A DNA stretch of 64,000 nucleotides from Diadema antillarum (taxonomy: Eukaryota), in NCBI RefSeq assembly GCF_040938485.1, contig NW_027272951.1, positions 1-64,000 of the forward strand, written 5' to 3'. Below are positions 1 to 12,000 of the stretch, piece after piece. Position 1 is the first letter of the stretch. Every line of letters starts with the position of its first letter. The translations under genes and the position numbers were made by a program. The notes beneath the pieces are model-generated. The model was given only the letters and a program-made list of their open reading frames with translations. It made no database searches and was not told the origin of the DNA.

Positions 1-95
1 AACCCTCCTGGATGGGGTACTTTTCAGTGGTGCTGACCCTTCTGTGAAGGTCAGAAGCCAGGGTGCAAGAGGTGACAGACTAGGCACAGGGCAAC
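1..95 (-). CDS. TRPM-like pre-S1 exon (VALCLVC / PLAPWLLTFTE), apparent frameshift near 73-76
   Basis: Acceptor caccatcctcag; the expected motif is split between two frames. Confidence 0.7.
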
Positions 96-3000
96 CTGAG
101 GATGGTGGAGGATTATTCACTTCAATAGCAGAGTGTAGTAGAGTGATTATTCTCTTTAAACTGAATATATTTGGAATCAGCAAAACATAAACTCAGATAT
201 TCAGCTTTAATTGCCATGTATGTCATTTAGCCAACATTCGTAAGCAATAGGATGCTAGTAGATATACATGTAACTTTATGCTCCAAAACAATGGATTTAT
301 CATCTCATTGTTATAACTACTTGTATAGATATGAAACACTTATACGTATAGATGATGAAATGGTCTTTGTCAGTGTCAGTGTGTGTGTTCACGGTGAGCA
401 GTTCCAGTCTGATTACATTTTCCCTTTTGGGATGCCACAAGATAAGCATTCCAGCCTACATTAGACCGATAAACATGGACCACATGACATTCTCTGCAAA
501 TCACAAAAATTCAGGCACGTGACACAAAGACAGCATAACACATTGCTTTTTGTGTTTTGTTTTGTTTTGTTTTGTTTGTTTTTTAATGAAGGCATGATCA
601 TCTGCTTTTATCCCAAGACCAGCTCAAATGGCACATGACAAGCATTTCCCAAGCTCCTATTAAAAACTCGATTTTATTTCTCTATGTAACATTATCTACC
701 CCTTGACATAAGGAGCTGCAATGCTAAATGAATCTAACTAGGTCAATGTCAATGGGGTCTCTGAAAGGGAATACACTTGATTCTTACCTGTAATTCCAAG
801 GGCAGATCAACTACGGATTAAACTACAAAAAAAAACAAGCTATTTTACCGCAACAACTTTTTGATTGAAAACCGTATGATTTGAAACAGTTTCACGCCCT
901 GTGCTTACACGCCACTTTTCTGTCAGAGACGACTGGGAGACCTGCCCCGCCCACAGTACCCGGGTGACGTAGTGCACCCCCGGCTGCGCTGCAAGGGTGG
1001 AGTCCTGTAAGGTGACAATGAGGTGTAGACAGGGTGTGTAGCCCCAGAGGGTGCCAGCTGACCCAGCCAGGAGGGCAGGGGTGGCCAGTCTGTCCTCTGC
1101 GTAGCAGGCATTGATGAGGTCTTCGGCCAGCTGACAGTACGTCCTGTCAAGAGATGAGGGAGGGAAATGGGTAACAAGAAAGAGCTACCTTGCGATAGAC
1201 AAACTCATTTTGGCAGAGTGCTTGGCACAAAAGGAGCTAAATCCTTGGAACTGTGTCAACAATTAGGAAAATATAGTTTTAAAAAGTTATGCTTTTTGGC
1301 ATAACAGCAAGTCATCTAATGTGCCAGTCATGATATAATAACAATGATACATGTAATCCTTAAAAAAAATGCATGTAAGTGAACATGGTAGGTGAGCATG
1401 GTCCTGCAATTCTTTGGCAAGATTTTAAAAAACAAAAGAGCAAATGACTATCTTGTGTGCATCTTTGAATAAATTGCATTATCATATTACACTCAATAAA
1501 ATTATTTTAATTTTATTACTTCCAAGGACCACAGGTATTATCCATGCTCATGTTAAAATCAGGCGATACAAAGCTGCATGTATACAACATTTCCATTTAT
1601 GTAATTACTGCTGACTTGCAAGTATGTTCAAGAGCAAAACCTCTCATTGTAGACAGAATACAAAAGTTAAGCTTAAGCATGTATATACACACACACACAC
1701 ACACACACATAAGGACATTTTGAATGGAATCACCACCACACCTGCTGAGATTCTGGATGCTGCTTCTGTCCCTCCGTCGATCAGAGACCTCAGCCAGCTG
1801 CTGCAGGATGAGGGTGGCCGTGAGGGCCCCTGAGATGCGCTCCTTGAGATGCTGCCAGAAGTATGCCGCTGTCTCTGCCCGGTGGCACATGACAGAGAGG
1901 ATGAAGAGCTCCTGGTAGAGGTCAAGGGTCAGGTCCTGTGATGGCTTCCCCGAGGCGCCTGACATATCTGGAGATTTAATCTCTGTTTCTTTCATTGACA
2001 TGTTTATGGTAGAACCAGACTCTAACTTTATTCATTAGTAAATGCAAGTCAAGATTCTGGGTTTGCCAATGAGTACACATGTGACTAAACGAATGAATAA
2101 ATGCATTCACAAACTCCACAATACAGAGTGTGAATGAAAATAACAAAGATGACATCAAACATAGAAAACTAGAAAAGAACTCTGAGAGAGCAGATTTCTG
2201 CTAAGCAGCTCAATTCCACCAATACACGCATGCTGAGAATCGCCCATTTTCCCAATATAGAAGCCTTTTGCTTACATCAATTAGTTTCCAGCTGCATGGG
2301 ACCTAGCTCAAGCACAGTATGCGCTTTAGTGCGTGTATGCAAACCTCACATAGTGTACGTGCGGCTTGAACTCCCAAGTTCATTAACCTTACCAACTTTT
2401 CCTGCAAGTTTCATCCAAATCTGTTCACAACTTTTTTAATTGATTTGCACACAGACAAACAAACAAACAAACAAACAAACAAATGCATATGAAAACATAA
2501 CCTCCTTCCTTGGCAGATGAAATAATTTCAGAATGATATACAGAAATATTGAATGAACACGAAAGTGGCAAATGGGGAATGAACAATACTGCACAAGTGT
2601 TGATCAAGAATCAAGGTTTATCATCATTACTACAATCATATTAGCAACCGCAAATCTTGTGCATCACTCTTAAATTGGCACTCACATTACCTTGGAGTTG
2701 GATCTCTTGGTCCCGTTGAGTCAGTCCACCACCCTTCACCAGAGTGGAGTTCTGTTTGCTGAATCCATTACACATGAAGATGGGCTTGTAGGTTCCCAGG
2801 GTCAGTCCCAAGAGGACTTCTCCAACATCCTCCAGAGAAATCCGTTCACTCTGTACATATTTTGTAGCAAGATCGCATATACTATAACATGAAGAATGTT
2901 CATGTGCATTTCAATTTCGTGAACTTTGTAAGAGCCAAGATTCGTGAAATAGAAATGCATGTAAATGTTCTTGTCTACACTATATGACTTGAATGTTAGA

Positions 3001-6000
3001 GGCAACTCGCAAAAATTTAATGCCGCGAAAAAGGCCGTCAGCTACAATTCGCGAGATATTGTGTTTTACAGTACCTGAACTGAAAGCATAGCAGGGAAGG
3101 GGGGGGGGGGAGGGGTATTTATAATCCTTGATATTCTTAGAGTTCCCCCTTTTTTATTCCATATAAACTATTCACTTTTAGAACGAAAGTAAAATCATGA
3201 GAATATGTTATCTAAGTTCCGTGATGTTTGCTCCTGCAACGATTGCTCCCATGAAAGCACGCTAAGCCAAACATAAATTCTATCCACAAAACCCTAATCC
3301 TAATCCCCACATCAAACTAAAACTAAAACCCTAACACAACCCTTATCCCAACCATAAATCCTTGAAGAAAATTAGATTGGAGCACCTGTTTCAAGACCAA
3401 ATATCATGCCACCCTTATCACAGATGATAAAAGTATTTACTTTGAATGCAGAATTGTAAAATGAAAAAAAAAAAAAATTGGGGCAAAGGGGGCATGAACA
3501 GTGATTTAATCACGTATCCTGTAGAGAAAATTTATCTCATGTGACCTTGAACACACCCACACACTCACAGACACATAAACACACAAAAGAAGTTACGGTT
3601 TTATGAAACTGTTGTCACCTTACTCAATCAGGTACGTACAAAGATACCCAGTAGGATGCAATTTGATATTTATGGCTGTATTTTCATCATCTCACATCAA
3701 GGGTTGTCACATGCACAATGCATAATGTTACTCACGGTACTAAAGCCATAAATAGGCCAACCATCCTTGTGATGGTAATAAGACACTTATTGAGAGCTGG
3801 CATGGAGCCTGGTGATTAAACCTCCCGAATTGTATCTCACAGCAAGGGTTATCACGAGCAGAGTGCATTACACTTTCCTGGCATGAATGCACCATGAAAT
3901 TATATATGATACATAATGGCAAATAAAGGACAAAATAAACTTCTCAGCAAAGAGACCAAACAATATCAATATTCACCTTCCTTTTCTTCCAAGCTGTCTC
4001 CTTTAGAATGCCAATGGTTGGGCGTGATGTGATCTGCGGACAAATGATTACTATCAAAGTCATTTTACTGTGGTTGACCTGATGGCATCAAATGTGACCC
4101 TGCATCACAAAACCAACAAAAAGTCGCCAGATATGGATTTTTAGTTAGGGGCAGATTCTACAAAGAGCAGACTCTGAACTTTAAAATGATGCATAACTCA
4201 ATTCAAATGGACTCCTCTAACCTACCTAAATACTGGACAGAAAGCACACACTCTGGAACAGTGTGAATTGGGAAAAGAGGCTCTGAAGTACAGGGTCTAT
4301 TCAAGCGCTTAATCTTTCACCAAGACGTGCTAGCTGTGTGATGAAAGGGGCAAAACACAGGATGTCAACCACAGGAGCAACAACAATGAAGGGATTATCA
4401 GATTAACCTGAAATTGAGCATGTTCTATCAGCACATTTTGTCCATGATTAATGCTAACTTACAACACAGTAGCATTATCCTTTCAAAAGTTATTAGACTT
4501 GAAAGTGAAGAATGTACAAACAATTTCAAGAAATGAAAGGTGGCCTCTCATACATACCTGATCATTCTATACTCTACCCCAAAAAGGGTTGTAGAAAAAC
4601 AGCTGAAAACACTTTTCCCATTGGTATTATAATCCCAAACTAAAGAATATTGTAGAAGAAAGATAGCTCTTTCAAAAAATATGAACTCAAGATTGACTTG
4701 GTTGACCAATTTCACCCGTTTTGAGTCCTTACGTAAAATCAGGGGGTGCGACTTTTTGTTTGTTCTGTGGCACATGGTCATAAAAAGGTTACTACAGTCA
4801 AACCCGTCTATAGCAGCCACCTGAGGGTGGCCATTATAGACAGGTGTATTGCCTACATAAACAGGTATCATCGTTGTATACATCAACAAATACTTACGTT
4901 GTACATGTACATGATTGTATGTGTATACATATGCACACGTGTGTTTCATGCATTTAACAATGCTGGTGTTTATCAAATTGTAGCACAGTTAGCATGTGTT
5001 TAGTTGTGAAGAAAGCTTAGACAAGTGTATTATCATGACTGAATAAGTGATGAATGTAGCGATGGCGATCACTGACCGTCGCCCACAAATGACTGGCATG
5101 GGAACAAAGCAGAATTACATGCTGAATTATCGACTAGGTTACCACTCCATGTGGGTCGACCTGTGACCGCTATAGACAGGTTAAAATCTACCACAGGAAA
5201 CAAAGTTTGTGATAAGATCTGTAGAAGTGATGATCATCTTGGCATGAGCAGATCAGGTTTGAGATAATAAGATCTCACTCACCTTGTTGTACAACACAGT
5301 GAGTTTCTGCGGGTCACAGTAAACTGACAGATCAAAGCCATTTTGGAGCAATATTTCCACAGTATCAATGCGTCCACTGACCAGTGCATGGTCCATTGCC
5401 GCAATAAAGGCTTCTTGATTCTCCTGAGCATGCAAAAAAAATACGGAAGCAAATGGAAAGAATACAAATATAGACAAAATAATGAATAAATTAATGTGGC
5501 ATCATTCTCCCTAACTGGTAATAACACAAATCTATACTTCAGTTGCCGAAGTACAAAAACTTGTTTCCTTACTAAATAAATGTAACAATTCTTAAATCAG
5601 CAAAATATTTCAGAAGATTAATCTTTGTTTGTTTGTTTGTTTTTGTTTTTTTGAACTTGTTAAATTTTGAGAAAACCCTTTTTAATTTATGTGAATTCAA
5701 TCAAATTTACATGTTCTATCCAATCTTTTTCTGATATGAACTTGCAGTAAAATTCAGGGTTGCCAATTTAATGATGAAAAGACAATAATTTCTGCTGCAA
5801 AATTTCCCCAAGGCTTGATGGGTAATGTAGGAGTAGTTGGCAAGTTTACAAAGTACGGACAAAAGCACACCCAGCTTTCAAACGCATTAGTCTACATGGG
5901 GTCTTCCATAAGTATGGTTTGGTCCAATGTTGTCATTTCTGTCTTGGGAGACTAGGTCCAAGCACCCTGCCTTACTGTGATATTGGCTTCACTAAGGACT

Positions 6001-9000
6001 TGGTCTTCCAGGTCCTTGACACCCAATGCCTGAGCAATGTAGAACTGGTGGACAGGAGACACTGTGAAATTACCAAGATACATGCACAATGCGGGTAAAC
6101 TAATGTAAAACGAGGAATGTTCGCGTGCATTTTAATTTCGCGAATTAAAATGCATGTGAGATTTCTTGTCTACACTATATGCATTGAACGCCAGAGGCAA
6201 TTCGCGAAAATTTCATGCGGCGAAAAAGGCCGTCAGCTCCAATTCGTGAAAATTTCGTGTCGCGAATATATCCTGTTTTACAGTATACCTACAAACGTAC
6301 AACCTGTATATTCTCTTTATTTATTTGGAAACAGAGGGTATCAACTCCTCAAATTTTGAAAAGGAGATTCTATAATTTTTCAACAGAAGTGCAGTTCCAT
6401 GAGAATAATCTCTCAGTAGGGCCTACTCAACCAAACAATGACATCTGATACAATTCCCTCACACAAGTACATGTGCTGATGGAGATTTTAAGAATTCTTG
6501 AGATGAGATCTATGCTTTCTTGGATATTTGATTTGGGGGGATGGTCGAGAAGAGAAGAGAAAACAGCAGTATAATGTCTCAGCTAGACAGGCTACACTGA
6601 AGATGCTTCTCAGGATAAACGATAACTTCAGCTGTGTTATCACTTGTTGGTAGAAACATGTATCACTGTGAAATCATTCTTGCACAATTTGCAACATGTC
6701 AATTATATAATTAAATTGCTATCAGTGTAACTCACAAATCTGTACTGCCATTTATTTTTTCCTTGGATGACAGCTTTTGTCTTATTTTTGTCAACAAACA
6801 ACAGAACAAGCTTCTTACGGAAGTGAAAAAAAAAAAGCTTACCTTTTGAAAGAGCAGCATAAATTATTTCAGATTCCAGTAGTGGGCTATTGATGTAAAA
6901 TTCATTCCCAGGTCCATGCTGACTCATCTCCATGAGTGGAATGCAACCTCCATCAGAAAGTTCACCATCACCATCTTTATCTCTGGTATCTCTGTCTATT
7001 TCAGTCATATTTGAGTCATCTTGTCCTCCAGCCCTGCATCAAGTGTAAAAAATGAACTTCTCTAACTCCATTGTTTTTCAATTCCAATAGTCTGTCACTA
7101 CTAACATACAACTGCAGGACATCACAATGTTGGCTGTATCATGCTCTCAAGTTTCGGGGGTTCAATTTACAATTTGAGCACAGAGACAGAAAGGCTGGTT
7201 ATACCATGACTACCAAATTGTTTTCGTAAATTCTATCAGCCATATCAGCTTCCTACAGAAAATACACAGAGAATCAGAATATGTTAAATTTGATGATTCG
7301 TAGCAACGATTGGAACTTCCAGGTAATGCACTGGGGTTTCACGTTCAATCACTTTCTGATTTCAGTGATGACACAAATGACCTTGAAATCAGGAATAGAT
7401 TAAAGTGGTACCATATACGTGCACATTACAAAAATGGAATACAGTGCACTGAAATGCTGGTGACATCACACACAGAGTATTTCTGTGCGATCTTTGCACT
7501 TTTTTATTTCTTTTCATCATTTCACTCACATTGCATCTGAGAGGACATCAGGTGGCCTGATATAAATCATTGGAAAACTGCACTCGTCCTCCGCTTTCCA
7601 TTGGTCCAACCACCCGCTGGTCAGCTGACCATCAGCGACCAGACGAATCACAGGAACAGCCAGTCTTTCTGGAGCTTTGGAAGGTAGACAAGTGTATTCA
7701 CAAAGAGTAGACAGAGAGTGTGCAAAGTTAAATTATAAAAGTGTCCACATGAGTATCAATTCACTTTTATTACCTCCGCCAAGGGGGGGGGGGGGGGGAG
7801 GTTACGTTTCCGTTACCATTGGTTTGTTTGTTAGTTACATGTACGTAGTTAGTTAGTTAGTTCGTTCATTCGTTCGTTTGTCCGTGTGCAAAATAACTTA
7901 AAAAGCAGTTAACGGATTGGAATGAAACTTGCCGGAAAGGTTGAGAATGACACAAGTAACGAACGATTAACTTTTGGTAGTGATCTGAGAATTTTGGGGG
8001 AATTTATGAAGGATTTTTGATATTTTGGCAGGTAGGGTCAATGATCTTGGGAGTTCAGGCTGCGCGTATTTGAGGTTTGCACGCGTGCACTAAAGCGCGT
8101 GCTCTAGTTTCTGCTAGGGCAAGGCGCATTGTGCAACTGAGGGTTTATGACGTAACAAAGGCTTCTTTATTGGGAAATCGCGCGGCTTTCAGCACACAAT
8201 GCAGTAAGTATCTCGGGTGGAAATCACTGATCTCTGTGGAAGAACAAGATCAGTGCGGGTGGAAATGGGCTGCATGCTTGGCGGAGGTCTGCGCTCTCAG
8301 AGTGCTTCTCTAGTTTCTTTTTGTCACTACCTTAGACTACGAATAATGACTCTCTAGGGCAAATGGTAAATTCGTATTGAAGCATTCTTCCACTTTCAAA
8401 TGATTTTGTAAAATACTAGGAAGTTCACATAACCAATCTGTTATTGCACTACGATATGTTCAAGCTTTGACTTGCTGTTTTTTATTCATTGCAATGGTAT
8501 TTTTTCACTACCTTACACATATGTAAAGTCAGAGATTGATTCATGAAAAAAGGCATATCTATATGTATTTCTTTTCCCTTTGTATGTTACAATGCACTGA
8601 ATTATTGATGCTTCCTCAATATATTTTCTATGTACATGTACTTGCAATGCATGCACACAAATTACATCACACTATCATCCCAAGCCTCATTTAATAGGGT
8701 TCTCATCTTTCCTTTCACATACAATGCCAAAAGATCTTTCATGTGTATGGATTATGGCTGGCCAGATAATACACACTGCACTCTTCGATAGAAAGTGACA
8801 CATTTCCTAACTGGGAAGGCATGATATTTTCCCTTGAGATAGACCATCCATAGGGCCTACCGACTGAAAAAGACTGCACATTTAGCAAATGTCTGATTAT
8901 GCCAGGGCTGCACACCATCTCATTTTTTCTACTGGTCCAACCGATCTGTCAGATCAGTAGGTACTCAGTTTTTTTTCATTTTTTACTGGTCCATTCCTGA

Positions 9001-12000
9001 AAAAGTTACTTGTCCAACAGTGATTTTTCGTGGTCAGGGACCGTCTGACCAGTGCCAGTGTGCAGCGCTGCCTATGCCATACTAACATGTCATCATGACA
9101 AGCTGAGACAAAGCAATCTCAAGCTTTGCCTGGACTGTCACTTGCACATCTGGAATATCGCCATCGGCAACCAGTAGAAAGTGGGTGTGGCAAGGTTGGA
9201 GCCTCCTGCCCCGCACACCTCCTCCACCTCTGATCACAGTGTAGTTGAAGTCGACAACTGGTTTATTATTGGTCTCCTGAGAGATGAAGGAAGAGAGAAA
9301 CATAAAATAGATACCGGTAAACGAATAGAGAGAGAGAAGGAAGAGGAGAAAATATGGTGAAGGAGAGAGAAGAGAAAGAGAGATAGGGAAGAGAGAGAGA
9401 CCACCATATACAAAGAGAACATAAAATGATACAAACTCTTTATGCATGAGGTGAGAGAGAATATACAAAGAGAACATAAGATATACAGACACTTTATGCA
9501 TGAGGTGTCATATGAAGAAGTGGTAGAATTATCCTATTAGGATGCTGCTAAGACATTTACGTGTAAGTCTCAGTAACATATCATTGTTCCCTGTTCTTCA
9601 GACAGCAAGGTGCAACTATTTAAGATTCTCACATATATTTGCTCAGCAATGACACTAGAGGCAATGGAAAATTAAGTCTTTCCACAACGTTACCATGGAG
9701 ACGGATGATGGATGTGGATGAGCGAAGTACACTCTTCTCTTCACCTCCTGGAGAGAGAGGGGAGTGATGCCAATCACAGGAACACCCCTGGTCTCTGTCC
9801 CTTTGTCCCCGGAGTGTACCCTGGAGTGTCCCCTGGATCCCCCAAAGGGGAGCTTGTTGCGCCCATCATTGATGATCCACCCCCCTTCATCAACAAAGAA
9901 CAATACATTTGGGTCATAAGTAAAAAGCCTCTTGTTCACACATATGCAACTCACTTTGAGAGAAATGACTATTATCTTCCTTTCCTGTATACATCTACAG
10001 AACAATTGTTTACCAGCTGTTTGGAAGCTACCGTCAAAGAATACAGAATATCTAATCCCCCTAATCCCTATGATGTCACCTTGGCCTTCCTGTTGGCCCA
10101 AGGAACATTGCTACATCTGAGAAGGCATGTTACAATGTACCTTTACAACTGCTGTAGGTTAAGATTATCGGGATTACTGAATGCTGGTGATGAAAACGTA
10201 TGGCAAGTTAAGCTACCTTAGCACATAAAGGGTTAGAGTCATTTTTTGAACCTGTTTCTTGTGCAGCATCCATGACACTCTCTAAATCTGAAGCCACCAG
10301 TCTGTCTGCCTCACCAAGGAGAGAGATGACCAGGCGTGGTGGGCGGAGTTTCCATTCGGACAGCATGAAGTGGATCAAACTTCTCATGTCAGAGTCACTG
10401 TAAACTGTGACATGCTGAGAGTGAAAACATAAACATACTGAGTGAGACTGGGAAGTGAGAAATAATTGTATAAGTCCCTTTACACATTGCACGTCTCTGG
10501 TATGGCTGTTCCTCTCTCTCTCCTCCTCCTCCTCCCCCCCCCCTCCCCCCCCTCCCCCCCCCCCCCAAAAAAAAAAAAAAAACCACATTGTATATGGGGG
10601 AACATGAAAGATATTACACTATTTCCATTTGGTTTTTTTTTGCAGCAATTTGCTGGTTCAATGGAAATCAACCTCCTTCTGAGCTACTTCTTATCATTCC
10701 TTCTCCTCCTCCTCTTCGTCTTCTTTTCTTCTCATTCTTCTTTTCCTTCTTTGTTGACTTCAACCTTCCTTTCCATCTCTTTCTCCATCTCTTGTGCCTT
10801 CGTGGAATTGTTCCCTGACAGGAGGAAGGTCTCGTGCCTCGGTGATTAAGTTTGCCTTTTCCTCCCCTGCCAACCAACGGTATGCACCTAGAATCACCAC
10901 ATTCTTTATATCATGCAATTTGACTTTCTCCTTGTATTTTGTGTTGAAATGGCAAATAAATAAACGGCGACAACGACGATGACAACAACAACACCAACAA
11001 CCACAACAATGAAAATAATAACAGCTAATTGTATCTAATAGTATGCTGATAAAAACCAACCTTTCTGGAACAGTGCTCTCTTGTCTGGCCCCTGACAGTG
11101 CGTCCCCAGCTGTTAAATCCCAGCTCTCCATGGCTGAAGGACTCCCTGTCACTTCCACTGCCATCTTGTCTTTTCTCCGGTACCAAGCGGGTGTGAGTCT
11201 CCGGTATCCAGGCTTTCTCTGGGTCCTGGACAGCTAGAGCACTGGGGGAGTGGGCCGACTGGGGCTGGCCACAGCAGCACACTGGATTATCCGGTGTACT
11301 GCAGGTTAGACACAAGGAACAAAGAATGAACGATGAAGACGCTGCTTAGACAGAGACCGCTGTGCTTTGTTGACTAGGATACCTGCACTTCTCACACACT
11401 CATATATGCCATAATATGTGTACACACGTACATGGCTCTTCATTCACTAATTGATAGGTCTCAGTGATCTTGACCAATCACAAAGAAATCACCTTTATCC
11501 TCTCTGCACAAATCAAATACTTTCCATGCTATATGCCAAACAATAATACTACTGGTCTTATATCTAATGGTAGGTTTGGTTCCATGCTATTATATCAAAA
11601 CAGCAATACTATGTTGGACTTACATCTAGTGGTAGGTTTGGTTCCATGCTATATTGCAAACAGCAATACTACTGGACATTTTACATCCAGTGTGAGCTTT
11701 GGGCAGAAAAAGGCACATTCGGTACATTTTGGTTACCATGCACTCACCTGTTACTGCTTTGTTGGAACTGCACACAGCTGCGTCCCTTCATGAATGCAGA
11801 CATTGGAAGAGATCTCTGGAAGAATAAATGAAACAACTGCTTGTAACCATCAATCATAATGCACATATTAGAGTCAACAACAACATCCATGCCTTCGGGA
11901 GTATAGGCCTACTCCAGATAGACCAAGATTTTTCTCTTTCCCAAAAGTTTCATGTCCACTCCCCACCTAACCCATCCCTACCTAACCCATCCCTACTACT

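Noticed and set aside
780-830. Strong minus-strand donor CAG|GTAAGA as a possible micro-exon rescuing the frameshift
   Set aside because: The candidate 23- and 35-nt exons do not restore the downstream frame.
3280-3360. Telomere-like ACCCTAA repeats (also about 60300-60420)
   Set aside because: Short and degenerate; more likely internal parts of dispersed repeats than interstitial telomeres.
3730-3880. Exon-like segment with a GTGAGT donor on the minus strand
   Set aside because: All frames tested contain stops; the 3977-4033 exon already bridges the gap.
4548-4976. 142-aa minus-strand ORF with a plausible donor at about 4556
   Set aside because: Overlaps a MITE; its phases (1 to 2) do not fit between the flanking phase-0 TRPM exons.
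9712-10221. 169-aa plus-strand ORF
   Set aside because: Antisense to a real TRPM exon and intron; no recognisable motif.
10395-10877. Gly/Glu/Lys-rich ORFs
   Set aside because: Produced by poly-C, poly-A and CT-rich simple repeats in an intron.
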